DNA of 64,000 bases, from the NCBI GenBank assembly GCA_002189035.1, contig NEEC01000010.1:1550001-1614000 (forward strand), given 5' to 3'. Positions 12,273-43,130 of this stretch are shown piece by piece. This DNA comes from Utricularia gibba (Eukaryota > Plantae > Magnoliophyta). A program made the position numbers and the translations under genes. The notes under the pieces were generated by a model. The model was given only the letters and a program-made list of their open reading frames with translations, was not told the DNA's origin and searched no databases. The first letter of the stretch is position 1. Every line of letters begins with the position of its first letter.

Positions 12273-14821
12273 CTAAACTTGGACACAAGATTTACCTTGC
12301 TTCTTCATCTTGTTCCTGAAACTTCTCTTCCTGCTGAAAGCGCTCTCCTACAGAAGCCCATAATGAAAGAGGTGTCACTGCATGAGTCTTGCTATTTGGT
12401 AGCTAAGCTACAAAAGCTTCAGATTATTACCACAGAGAGGCCTTGCTGCCATGCACGGCGAACTGCCGCTACAAGATCTCTGTTTGCTTCTGTGAAAAGG
12501 CTTGTAACCAGGCCTTGTTGTCCAGCTCTGGCCGTCCTGCCGACTCTGTGAAGAAAATCTACGGCGGAGGAAGCAAACTCGGCCTGAAACCGATGATGGT
12601 TTATGTATTGATTCAGTGGAAAAAGGAATGGCTGAAAAAGAGTTGGAGATGGACCTGAATGACATGCGAAACATGGGGTATATCGAGGCCACGGGAGGCT
12701 GCATCTGTGCAAACAAAGATGCCACCTTTTTCACGAAAATCAGCTAGATTCTGCATCCGCTCGTTGAGTGGGATTTCGCTGTGGTAGAGTATACACTGGA
12801 TATCAGCTACCATCAAAATCTTGGCAATGCTTTCTGCAGCATCCACTGTGTTTGCAAAAATCATTGTTCGAGTCACTCCATGATCAGATATATTCCCAGT
12901 GACTGCTTTTGTGAGCTCGGCCACCTGTGTATCAACTGCCACTTGAACCCACCTCTGCTCTAACCTGGAGAATGCCACAAAAGTGAAAGTGTTAGAGTTG
13001 AGTGGAAAGAAGAAAGAAGGGAGGGAATTTAAGATGCTGGTAGGGAATGAAGCAAACCTGGGATTTTGGCGATGGAGATAATTCCCATTTACCCATTTTG
13101 CATCAGGAAACATGCGTTTCAAAATCCCCCAGCTGTTTTCTTTCCATTCAATGGCAGAGTAGCTGCAACAAAAATGTATTGCTTACTACGAGGATATGTT
13201 TTCCTCACCCTCCTCCAATCTCGTTGGGTTTGTGTTTCAGAATCGGCGTCAGTATTTTGCTCTGAAGTTGTTCCATCATCAGAATCTTCAGCTACATCCA
13301 TCGGAAAATCTACCCCTTCTATGCCTAAGGTATCCAAATCAGCAACTGGATCAGCATTCTCGGCATTTGAAGCTGCACCTTGTGATTGATAGAGCAGCTT
13401 CTCATCAAAACGAAACATGTTGATGAGGCGGATCACTTGGTTTTGAAAACTTCCACACAGAAGCAGGTCAGCTTCATCAAAAACCTTGAAGACAGAACAT
13501 GATCAGTATCTGAAGGGGGGGAAGAAGAAAAGATGGGCATACTCATCAATCAGATTACTCAAATATTACCACATATTTCACTCCACGTATGAACTCATTG
13601 CGTTTATGCCTCTCATGATCCATAGAATGAAGGTAATTCAGAAGCGCAACAGGAGTAGATACTAATATATCCGGTCTTTTAGATGGGAATCCCTGCAACC
13701 AATCAAAATTTTCAAATGCAGTGCATAAAGGCCAAATTCTGCATCAACTGTCAGAAAGAGAGCAACAACGTTACTTTACCTGACGGCCGGAAATAACTGC
13801 AGTGTTAAGTAGCGGCTCATTAAAATCATCACAAAGGGAATTCGCCATTCCAGCAACTTGCTCACAAAGCATCATATTGGGACAAAGAACGATAGAAGCA
13901 TTCTGATGATTCTTTGCAGTGGCATCATTCGGTGAATCCACAATTTTGGATAGACGATCAAGGAGAGGAACCAAGTATCCATGAGTTTTCCCACTCCCAG
14001 TTTCTGCTGCAACCACCACATCTGATCCAGCTAGAATGATCGGCGTGCAGCAAGCCTATGTCATTAATATGTTGTAAGTTCCTCGTATCAGTGATTGCAA
14101 TATTCCCACTAGTAACAGGCTACGGAGGTATGGAAAAAGTGCCAAGATTATAAAACCCCCAACAAAATCACTCATCAGATAGCTGCAACAGTTAGCCTCA
14201 AGGAATGAATCCTAACAATCAGACAGTACAACTCTGATATTACAACTTTCCCTTTCCTAGGTATCAGATGACAAATATGTCGACGGTAACAAGACAAGCA
14301 TTCATTTTTAATGTGGAATAGTCCCATTTTTTTAATACAACCAGTAACCACAGCATTTCATTTCTTTCTTACTAATAAACACAATGGAGCAGAGACGGCC
14401 AATCGGATTAGAAGCCAAATTCCAATCTTTAGAAGCATTAGTACTTCGACCACTAACTTCAAACAGAGCGAATATTCATCCTAAAATAGATCATTCGATG
14501 AGAAAAAAGAGTTCTTTTTGTCGCAAAAACAAAACACCTGGACAAGAGAAGGTCTGAGGAGGCCCGCATTAGCAAGTGCAGTACAGACGGAATTGGAAAT
14601 CCCAAGAGAGCTCCAGGACACGTTTTCCGTAGCAAAGAAGTTGTCGGCATCAGATTCTTTCACGGCGGCTGCGGTGGCTGTTGCAGCCAAATGTCGGATA
14701 CTACAAACCTTGGCTCCGCCAGAAGCGTGTAAAACCTTTGAGACAAACCACTGACAATTCACTTGGGATGGAAAACCTGCTAACGATCTTGGGGAATCCT
14801 TAAGGCGGAAAGCGAAATCAT
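12273..14821 (-). CDS. RH22: DEAD-box ATP-dependent RNA helicase 22 (chloroplastic), with apparent 1-bp deletions at 14791-14794 and 13126-13130
   Basis: AETGSGKT, VSTP, VFDEAD, FVAATLP, IFANTV, CTDAASRGLD, HRVGRTARAG and the RH22-typical FSRKRSFRNK tail. The start MISLSAL at 14821 connects only after adding one C. The 3' end is slightly uncertain. Confidence 0.92.
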
Positions 14822-15516
14822 CTCCCAGGAGCGACTTGCGAACCGACCTGCTAATTCTTTAGCAGCGGACTGCACCAGGCTCCCCCATGGGCTTTGGATG
14901 AGGTTTAGCGCATTAGAAGCAAGACACAAAAAATCGGACCGGTCTTCACACAACGAAAACCGGAGAATTTTAGTGTAGTTCATTATATTTATTTCCATTC
15001 AAATGAAGCTTTCTTGTGGAAAGACTTACATATGTGTTGTTTTGCTATTTTCTTTTACATCAAATTTGAGTTTAATTTCATTTTTCGTAATTTTCATTAC
15101 TAACATACTCTTGATTACCTGAAAATCTGAAGAAAATGTAAAAGAATCCCAAATTGGCCTCAAGAGCCTAAGAATAAGGACTCAACTACACTTGATTATC
15201 AAAGACATATTTGATCTAATTTGTATGTGAATGTGTGAGTTATAGAGGTTAGAATCAAATGTAAAAAAAGTATAGGTTATTATGGGAGGTGAAATGACTT
15301 CATGTATAATTGATTATATAATCTCACAAAACAAATAATGATATTATAATAGTTATCAAGCAAAATCACTTTAGAAGAACAATACTAGAATTTGCGTAAA
15401 CATGTACTTTATTGAGGTTTACGCATATATGCATATGGGCAAGCTTCTGTGTCATGGAGCTTTAATCCAAAAACCTCTATTTCATATTGTTTTATTTGTC
15501 TTTTTCACTAGATTTG

Positions 15517-15677
15517 GGCAGGGGCAGCGCGAACGCTAAGCCCCCTCTGAACAAATTATGACGTAGGATCGACCGCTTGGGCCGACCTTAGAAAGGCACC
15601 GCTCCGAAGTGCAATGGGGCTGCCTTCCTAGGCCATGAGCCTACTTGATCGCCCATAGACCCCGTCCAGGTAAGTGA
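15517..15677 (-). ncRNA. U1: U1 spliceosomal snRNA (variant 5' end)
   Basis: ACTTACCTGG 5'ss-recognition element, stem-loop I with GATCAAGTAG loop, stem-loop II with ATTGCAC loop, stem III, GACG/CGTC helix, Sm site ATAATTTGT, and terminal stem IV with a TTCG loop. A 3' box CA-N5-AGTGAAA follows. Confidence 0.96.
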
Positions 15678-15700
15678 GTAATTTAACGTACCCAGGCCCT

Positions 15701-15751
15701 TTAAAAAGGCCACACCGACCCAATCCAAGACGTCTACAACCGATGTGGGAT
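15701..15751 (-). promoter_or_regulatory. Plant snRNA promoter: USE (ATCCCACATCG, 15751-15741) plus TATA-like TTTAAA
   Basis: Perfect RTCCCACATCG. About 33-35 nt separate the USE from the T/A box, which is Pol II-type spacing. The box lies about 25 nt before U1. Confidence 0.9.
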
Positions 15752-15922
15752 TCCACTGTTACACTTGTACTATAGTATTTTCATAGTTGTGATCTGTGAA
15801 AGGGAGGAACTTCGCGATGATACAAAATTGCAGAAAGAGAAAAAGAAGGATTTAGAAAAATTTCTACAAAGGATACAACATTGGGATAAGTAGCAAAACA
15901 TATCTAGAAGCAATTTACTGCA

Positions 15923-16801
15923 TCACTCAGCTTCACGTTTTGGGCGATTCCGACTCTGTTTTAGCTCTGGTTCTAAGGTACCAAGTGCTAACTCTTCTTC
16001 ATCTCCTTCTTCCGCTTCGTCTGCTTCCATAATGGCCAAATTCACAGCAAGCTGCAGCACCCACAGAATGCTAAATTATTCAAGCGCAAAACTGAACCGG
16101 AACCACCTCAAAACGTGTAAAACAACTCTTCTGAATACTATGCAGAAGATAGGGATTTTGGGTCTGCAATGGAAAAGCTGAAGAAACAACAGCATTCACA
16201 TACAAAAAAAACCCGTGTCTCATTCTTTCGATTCTGCATCGGCACCACTCTTGTGATTTTCGGGAAGTTGTAGCCAATGGCAAGATATGAATTCTTTGAA
16301 TGAACTTCTAATCATATTTCAAGGCAAACAACCGTCTTTGTAATCAGATGCACTACCTATGGAAGCAGCATCTCTCTGAAAGTACTTAGGGCTCTACCCA
16401 CATCTAATTCTAAGTTCTTCCATATGCAGAGTTTCACAAGTTTCCAAGATGAATAAACATTGATTCGGTTTCAGAATTGCAAATGGGTACCCCAATGCGA
16501 AAAAGAAATCAAGGACTGTGAGTACCTCTTCAAAGTACTTCTGGTCGAGGTTGTCCGCGATTCTAAAAGAAGTGAAGATGGTTACAACAAGAAGAGAAAG
16601 TGGCAGCACGAAGGCAAAGATGTAGGTCGAGGTGCTTGGCCCAGCTCGCGTCACAACAGACATGCCCCTCCGTCTCGTTATACGGCACTCATGTGGGATT
16701 CTGATTCTGGGTCGGTTTCCATTTTCCGGCAGCGGAAACGCCGTTCTACTAATCGACGGGATGCGGAGAGGATGAGGGCAGAAGAGCGAGCTGCATATCA
16801 T
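15923..16801 (-). CDS. HCF153: HIGH CHLOROPHYLL FLUORESCENCE 153-like (cytochrome b6f accumulation factor), 2 exons
   Basis: Exon 16801-16526 with RAGPSTSTYIFAFVLPLSLL...IADNLDQKYFEE. Exon 16051-15923 gives LAVNLAIMEA...SRNRPKREAE*, which the ORF track misses. Confidence 0.88.
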
Positions 16802-17151
16802 CGTCCACGATACTCACCACCGAGCTCAGTATGTTATCCGGAACCCAAACAAGCTTAAAGGCCACCAATTTATATATATATTTTTAATGATTATCAGACA
16901 GTTGGAATCAAAGATTCAACCTTGGAATAAATGTTTCATAATCATTAAAAACTGAAGGAAAAATTGCAGACTCCTTCCGGCAACTGAAGCAGAACTGGTT
17001 TCAACTGTAAAACTACAAACACTGTTTTCATGTAACTGTTGGGTTGTTAAAGACACAAATAATACAAAAAGGTTGCTGGGTTGCTATCTTGACATAAAGC
17101 TAGTGACTTCGCTGAAGCAAAGGCTTCACTTGTATTTGTCATGGAAGAGAA

Positions 17152-18417
17152 TCATTCAATCGCACGTACGCCAACAGATTTAACTCGAAATCTATACTGT
17201 GGTTGGCAGTCATCATCTTCTTCGTCTTTATCATCAGACTCTTCATCTTCTTCACTTGAATCATCTTCCACCTTCTCCCACCGTGAGTAATCGAGATAGC
17301 ACTTGCCTTTCGCATTCGAAGTCGTACACGTTGTAGGATCCTGAGAGGCTGCTGTGACCTCCGCATTGGGTCCATCAAGCGGACTAGTTTCTTCCTCTTC
17401 CACTAGTTTGGTTTCACCTATGGAATCATTATCTTCCTCGGGCATTTCATCGTCTTCTGGAATTGTAGCAAGTGACTTTCCTTGAACAAAAGACAAGCAC
17501 CTTTTAGATAAAGAGTTCCAACGTCACCAGACAGTATATGAGCATATTTATACGAATTGTCCATATCAAATGGATACAGAGACTGGGATCCATAACACAG
17601 CAGCTATGTGTAAGGCATCAATGTACTGATATAAAAAAGATTTTGTAAAGGAGCAATTTTCAATGATGAGAGAATATTTGAGAAGCAAAACTAAAAAGCC
17701 ATTCGAAAAATCTATTCAGGAAAGCATAATTGGAACAGGAAAACAAATAGCTACCAGTTGGGTCTTCAGTCGAGCTTGAAGGTTCCGATAAACTTCTGAT
17801 GTTGGATTCAACTCGATAAGCTGGTTGACATCAAAGAGTGCAGCATTGTAATCTTTCAGAGTGACAAGAGTTTGAGCACGCAACATCAGTGCTCCAGTGT
17901 GGTTGCGATCAAGTTCAAGGACTGCTGCACATTCTTCTGCAGCCTGAAATGATCCACAAAAGGGCGATTCAGGTTTCCATCACCGACGAATTCTATATTC
18001 CACTTACACCTCCATATTAAGCATAAAAAATATATCATCTTTAAACACAGGATACACGTATGGATTCCCTAGTTCCAATGACATGGCCTCAGCAGACACC
18101 AGAATTGAAACGCTTTTTCAAAATAAGGGCCACAATAAACATCTTTCTCAGACAATCATGGCAATTTACACTACTTCCAGCATACTGTAAACATGAAACT
18201 AAACTGTACTGCAAATATGATGTGATGATACCTTTTTGAAATCATGGAGTCTGAGATAACATGCAGCACGATTGCTATGAAGAGCAATCTTCTGGGTATT
18301 AGTTCGAGCAATGGGAAAAGCGTCTGTGTAACAATCCAGCGCTTCGGCGTACTTCCCATCTCTGTACATCTGATGAGCCCGATCGATTTTATTCATCGCC
18401 GCTGGCCCAGAAGCCAT
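17152..18417 (-). CDS. Tetratricopeptide-repeat protein with acidic C-terminus, 3 exons
   Basis: HQMYRDGKYAEALDCY, ALHSNRAACYLRL, ALMLRAQTLVTLKDY, and the tail LDYSRWEKVEDDSSEE...QPQYRFRVKSVGVR. Confidence 0.9.
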
Positions 18418-19745
18418 TTCAGCGATAATCGTCAACCCAACAACCAAAGATTCAAGCTTTACGAGAAAAAGGAAACAATGCTTTTTTTTGGGAAGCCGAA
18501 TATCGAATTGGAAAGCAAAGGACACAAAAAGGCACAAACCTTTGTAGCGATTGTCCACTCATACACGACACATGGATAAGCAACTCGATGTGTTGTAGCG
18601 CAAGGGAGCTTCTATGGTAAGCAAATTTCAAACCTTGAATTTGTAAGAACGAAGCTCAAAAGTCAATTTCATTGAGAAGAGCTCAATTTTGTGTTAAAGA
18701 TTTGATTTTTTTCAAAGTCTGGTAAATTTGGACTAATTTACAGCCTCAATTGAACAGCATCTTCCCACGCCACTCCGATTGATAGCAAGTGGGTGACAAT
18801 TCAATCGAGGTTGGGCAACAGCATGTCGTGAGTGCACAGATACTCCTGAATCCAAAGCAAAATCGGTTTCAGTTCCGAGCTCGGCCGAGTCGATGATGCT
18901 CGGGGCTGCCATGGCCGCCAAAGAGGTTTCTCATTTCGTTTTTTCTGGGAACGCTATCGCTTCTTTCTGTCATCGACGCAGCTGCTTTGTATTTTATGTG
19001 GCTCAAGAGCCCAAACTGATGCTGAAAGGAGCCTCTTTTCTTACTCATCTCAAGCATTCTTTGCAAGGATATTCATTCCACTCAATATGAGTATTATATC
19101 ATACATATTAAGATTAAAATTTTACACTATTTTTCACATACAGTAACAACAGGATAGTTACTTTTCAAAATCATCCCACATTTCTGGACAATAGATTGGA
19201 GTGATCACTTGGATATAGCAAGCTTGCATGAAAAATCAATGTTTGTGAATACTGAATGCCACATGAGATCTCTCAAATGGGGGCAGAGTTTTCAAATTTA
19301 TTAGAAGAGAAGAAGTTTAATAAACCAATCCGCTTCGCGAAGAAATCAATATCAGTACTCGAGGCTTGTATGTTTGCAATGCAACACATCAACACGAATT
19401 CCAAAGCTGAACTGTGAAGAAATACTGTGGTTTTCAGGTATCACTAACCTGCATATCACCTGCTTTCTAGAAAATGGAGAATATTCACATACGCCACCAC
19501 CATGGGGGTATTGGTAACTTGCTCAAAACCTGGCAAGGAGGCGCTGCAGTTGAATAGCAAAGCCTCCAAAGTGAGAAGAGAAGCTCATGGAAGGACTACA
19601 AGTTCTGTATGGAGAACCTGGTGCCTTGCTGCATTCACGGTTTCAATGGGCGTGTGCAAAAGATACAAAACTTTGATATCAGCACAGCTTGAACCAGAGA
19701 GGTTCAATGCTTAAATTTCATTGCCCAACTTCAGCTTAGTGATCT

Positions 19746-37995
<18,250 letters not shown>

Positions 37996-39025
37996 ATCTA
38001 AAGATACCACATTTGATGGGCGGTTTCAGATGCAAAATAGCCAACAACTGCTAGATTGCCCCACTCACATCAAACGCAGGTTCCACCTACTTCGAATTCC
38101 TTAATATTAACTGCAAAAGTACAAAACTTCAATCAAAATCATATTGGCCCATTCCTTATACGATGCATCAAAACAAAGCACACTTCCCACTTCACATACT
38201 GGAAGCAAAAAAAATGATGACATGGGATTAAAGAACCGCAAAAACCACTCGGGCAAAAATCCCACAGTAAATATTCAATGAGAAGGCAAAGTTCAGGGAC
38301 AAAGGACTAGAATGAGGCGACAACATGGGAATCATCCTACACAAACGTACCGCTAATGGAGAATATGCAACAAACTCATCCACATCGAAAGAGAAGTGGA
38401 TTAATCAGGGTTCAATGAATCAATCGCATGATTGTGGAAATTTTCCGGCTGAGCTCGATGACATGTACCACTCCTCCTTGATCATCTGGAACCAAAACAC
38501 GAACTTTTTGTCGCCGTTTTTTTCCTCCAAAGCGAGTGCGAAACAGAGACAAGCACGATAGGCTGATACCTTTCTTTTTCCCTTTAATTTTGTTTCGTAA
38601 TTTCTTCTACAAATCCAAAAATATCCAATCCACGCTTTACAATTCCAAGTTGATACAAATGTCAATCAATATTGAGTATAATTATTTGTAATCATTTTGT
38701 AATAAAATCAAAAATTGAATAACTTCAAAAATTATTATATTTTTTAAATTTTCATTTTTAATGATTAAATAATTAAATAAATCACTTTTTTATTTATTAT
38801 AAAAATATATTTATATCATAAAATTAAATTATATAATAATTTAATATTTAAAGTTTATAATATATTTTATTTCATTAAAATTTATAATATAATTTTATAC
38901 TATGCTATAAAACGATTTTATAATCTAAAATTAATTATATTCATATAATTTCAAAATTGATTTTATGTATATAATATGAAACATTACTTCAAATTATAGA
39001 ATAAGTACTAAATTAATTATCGCTC

Positions 39026-39545
39026 TGTGGTGGGTAAAATCGAAATCCGATGGAAGATCGATTTTAGGGTGATAAGTGCAATCGGGAATATCACACTTAA
39101 TTGCGTTTTTCACGGTTGATTCGGTTGAAATAAAAGTAAGCAAAGATTTTTACGTGGAAACCACCGGAAGACGGGAAAACCACAGAGCTATCGGAGCTCG
39201 CCGGAAAAGATTTCCACTAGACGAAGGTGGCGAAGAAGAGGATACAAGTTGAATAATCCTTCGAGTTCAAAAAAAATAATCATCCTCCTTTCTCCGTAAT
39301 GGTTTCTCCTATTTATGGAAGAGCCCAATCTGGCTGAATCCCAATGTCTGTCAATATCGGTTGCTTTCTACACCTGCTATACGATCTCGCTTTTCAGATT
39401 TCGGCCGTCTGCTATGCCGTGATTCGGCCGCTTTTCAGACTGTGCCTCTGATTTGCATCATTCGGTCGATTGGCGCGATCCTGTCAAAACATCTCTTGAC
39501 AGTTTTTCAGAGGTCGATTGATTATACCCGATTTGTACCCCATCA
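39026..39545 (-). mobile_element. Solo LTR (Ty1/copia, Tnt1/Tork-like), 520 bp
   Basis: TG...CA termini, 5-bp TSD CGCTC on both sides (39021-25 and 39546-50), imperfect terminal inverted repeats, CCATAAATAGG TATA on the minus strand, and GTGGTTTTCCC...TTTCCACGTAAAAATC R/U5-like motif. Confidence 0.85.
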
Positions 39546-40094
39546 CGCTCTAAATATAATTCTATTTTATTTTATTTTACTTTTGAAATTTTATCATTAA
39601 AAAATACCCCTATAAAGATCAAGAGATTGTAGGTGGGAAAAGTCAACCTAGACATCATTATACTAGTTCATTGGTCAGCCAAAATATGTGATAATAATCA
39701 GTATAATAAATACAATTTTATATGATGATATTAGAAGAGATAGAGGGTGTGTTTAGCATAATTTATCAAAAATGTATTTTTCCGATAAATGATTCTAATA
39801 AAATTGAAGATATGATTTTTAATTTGTAAATAAATTGTCTTTGAAAAATATTTATTAAATTATGGAGAAAAAACTTAAGATATAAATCAATTTTCCTACT
39901 TCTGGAGGAAATTATAAATGTATTTGTTTCCTTAAAAAACCAAATTAAATATATTTTATTATTAAAATTTCCTAAAATGTGGGCCAGCAGAATGGCGTCA
40001 TCGTTAAACACTACGAATGCTCTCATCACCTTCATCGTAAACCCCACTCTTACCAACTCTAGATTTCAGACCGCCGTGGACGCCGGAATCGATA

Positions 40095-43000
40095 ATGGCG
40101 GTGCGAGGTATGGCGGTAGCGGCCCTGAGAAAGATCCGTATCGGCCCTACATCCAGTCAAATGCTTCGTTTTTCCACCGTGAGTGCGTTTTTTTTTTCGC
40201 GCCATCATTTCTGTAGTTTGGGTATTGATGTTATCGGTTTGTTGCCATCTCTTGGCCGTTTTCTACTACAGGTATCCATCGCAGGCCAGAAACACTCTGA
40301 GAGCTCCCAACTTGCGGTAAGTGGTTTGTTTTGGCTCAATGATGGATCCTTTGAGCATTACCGTTAGGAATGGAACTAAGGGCTTAATTTTCAATTGGGC
40401 AGTGGCCGAAACAACTGAATCTGCTTCTTGAAGAGGTAGATCCAGAGATCACAGACATCATTGAGCTCGAGAAAGCGAGGCAATGGAAGGTAAAAATATG
40501 TGCAGCTTGAGATCGGAGTCTGGACTTCACTCCATTTCTTCATGAGCTTTGATGATCTAGGGATTGGAACTCATTCCGTCGGAAAATTTTACGTCCCTGT
40601 CGGTGATGCAAGCAGTTGGATCAGTGATGACGAACAAATACAGTGAAGGATACCCTGGTGCGAGATATTACGGAGGAAACGAGTAAGATATTAGATTTCT
40701 GCCTTTTTTTGGCGTAACAGTTGCGGGATCTAATTTTTTTGGGCAATATGTGATTTTTTTTTTTCTGATTCTGTGGCTATGTGGAATCTGAGTGGTCTTT
40801 GTTTATCGTTGAAGGTACATTGACATGGCTGAGACATTGTGTCAAAAGCGAGCTTTAGATGCATTTCGCCTGGATCCTGCAGAATGGGGTGGTAAGAGGT
40901 CTTCCTGTTCTAGATACGCACTTTGAGAATTGATTCTAGATTGTCATCATTTTTGTTGTGCAGTCATTTAATGGATGAGATACTTATGATAGGTTTAGTG
41001 GCCATGCAGCATTGCCTTGTTTTTGTAAATTGGAAAAGCAAACAGCTTATGTTGCGTCCATATGCAGTGAATGTACAGTCACTTTCTGGATCCCCTGCTA
41101 ATTTTCAAGTTTATACTGCTCTTTTGAAACCACATGATCGCATCATGGCTCTTGATCTTCCTCACGGTGGCCATCTGTCCCATGGCTATCAGGTTTTGCA
41201 AACTATTTTCTTTCTCTTTCGGCTTATTTTACCCACGAAAGCCATTTTACTTCAAAATTCGTTTGGATGCTTCTTCGCAGACAGACACAAAGAAGATAAG
41301 TGCTGTATCTATATTCTTTGAAACGATGCCCTACAGATTGGATGAAGAAACAGGCTATATTGACTATGATCAGGTTTAGTATGATTTTATTTTGTACCAA
41401 GAAGTCAGGTGTAGTTAATTTTACTGAAGACATGATACGGTGCCATTGCAGCTGGAAAAGAGCGCAACACTTTTTAGGCCTAAACTGATAGTTGCAGGTG
41501 CCAGTGCCTATGCTCGTTTATATGATTATGACCGAATTCGTAAGGTAGACTTCATCAATGAATCATGTTATCCCTCAATGCTTCGCTCTTTAACAACATG
41601 GTTTCAACAGGTCTGTAACAAACAAAAAGCAATACTGCTAGCCGATATGGCACACATCAGTGGGTTGGTTGCTGCTGGTGTCATCCCATCGCCTTTTCAG
41701 TATGCAGATGTAGTTACTACAACAACCCACAAATCTTTACGTGGACCACGCGGCGCCATGATCTTCTTCAGGAAAGGAGTAAAGGAGATAAATAAACAAG
41801 GGAAAGAGGTGAGTTTCCCTCAAGTTGCCATTTTTGAAAGAACCCATGCACCTTTTTCTTATTCATTCCCATGCCGCATTGAACCAATGTGTTTTGTAAT
41901 CAAATACCCTATCTAACAGGTTATGTATGATTATGAGGACAAAATTAACCAAGCAGTCTTTCCTGGACTTCAAGGAGGACCACATAATCACACGATAACT
42001 GCCTTGGCAGTTGCCTTAAAGCAGGTCAATGCCTGATTGATGTCCGATTTCTTAAAGAATTAAGCTCTTTCTTACTTGTTATCCTATCGTTAGCAGGCCA
42101 TGACTAATGAATTCAAAGCCTACCAAGAACAAGTTCTCCGTAATTGCTCAAAGTTTGCTGAGGTCGGGTTTAAATTATCCTTCTCTTTTTAAATATTCTC
42201 AGGCAGGCCTTCTGTATTCTATGTTGCAGCTTGACACAATACTTCTCTTCTACAGGCATTAATGGACAGAGGCTATGATCTTGTATCCGGAGGGACAGAC
42301 AACCATCTCGTTTTGGTGAATTTGCGAAACAAGGCATGTCTCCATAATTAAGATTTCATCACAATCTTGAATACGCTTTAGGCATACTACTCTACAAGGG
42401 AAATACGTGGGAATTAGTCTTCAGAATGTGCTTTTTATTCTTTTTACCCGCTACACCTGGTCCTTGAGGTCCTTCTCCTCCCCTCCCCTCTTTTACACTT
42501 AAATCTCTACAGGGTATTGATGGATCAAGAGTCGAAAAAGTGCTGGAAGCTATTCATATAGCTGCCAACAAAAACACTGTTCCAGGAGATGTATCTGCTA
42601 TGGTCCCTGGAGGCATCCGAATGGGTAGTCACCTCATTTCAGATATTAAATCAGCTTTTTTTTTTCTTTAGAGAGAGAGAGAGAGAGCACATTGCACGTG
42701 TTAACCGTAAATCTGCTACTTTTTCTATTGGTGTCAATATCCAATGAGATTCCAACCTTCCACTGACTCTCCCATGGCACTATCTTATAGGAACTCCTGC
42801 ACTCACTTCCAGAGGATTCACGGAACAAGACTTTGTAAAAGTTTCTGAGTTCTTCGACGCTGCCGTGAAAATTGCTCTCAAAATCAAGGGTGATGCACAA
42901 GGTTCTGAACTGCATTCTTATCCCCACGCAAAAGAAGCCTTCAGCTGTTTCATTTGTTATTTGCTTGTCCTCCATGATGATCAGGAACCAAACTTAAAGA

Positions 43001-43130
43001 CTTCGTGGAGTCCATGAACTTAGAAGCTCACCAATCCACTCTGTTGAAGCTCCGTAGTGAAGTTGAAGGCTACGCCAAGCAATTTCCCACCATCGGATTC
43101 CACAAGGAGACGCTCAAGTACAAGGATTGA
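40095..43130 (+). CDS. SHMT: Serine hydroxymethyltransferase, mitochondrial type (SHM1/SHM2 clade), about 15 exons
   Basis: [40 protein letters not shown] lysine motif [47 protein letters not shown]. All junctions are in frame. Confidence 0.96.
42334..42512 (+). other. GC-AG intron in SHMT
   Basis: Exon ends NLRNK (AAG), the intron starts GCATGT, and the next exon begins GIDGSR after TACAG. No GT alternative keeps the frame. Confidence 0.8.
42670..42687. repeat. (AG)9 microsatellite in SHMT intron
   Basis: Direct reading. Confidence 0.95.

Noticed and set aside
15546-15763. TRIM/solo-LTR reading of TGTAACA...CCCACATCGG with a PBS-like AATTTGTTCAGAG
   Set aside because: The CCCACATCG motif is the snRNA USE and the PBS-like stretch is the U1 Sm site. 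The whole region folds as U1.
15868-15876. GTATCCTTT (U12 donor consensus) on the minus strand after the HCF153 stop
   Set aside because: There is no convincing U12 branch site and acceptor downstream, so it is probably chance.
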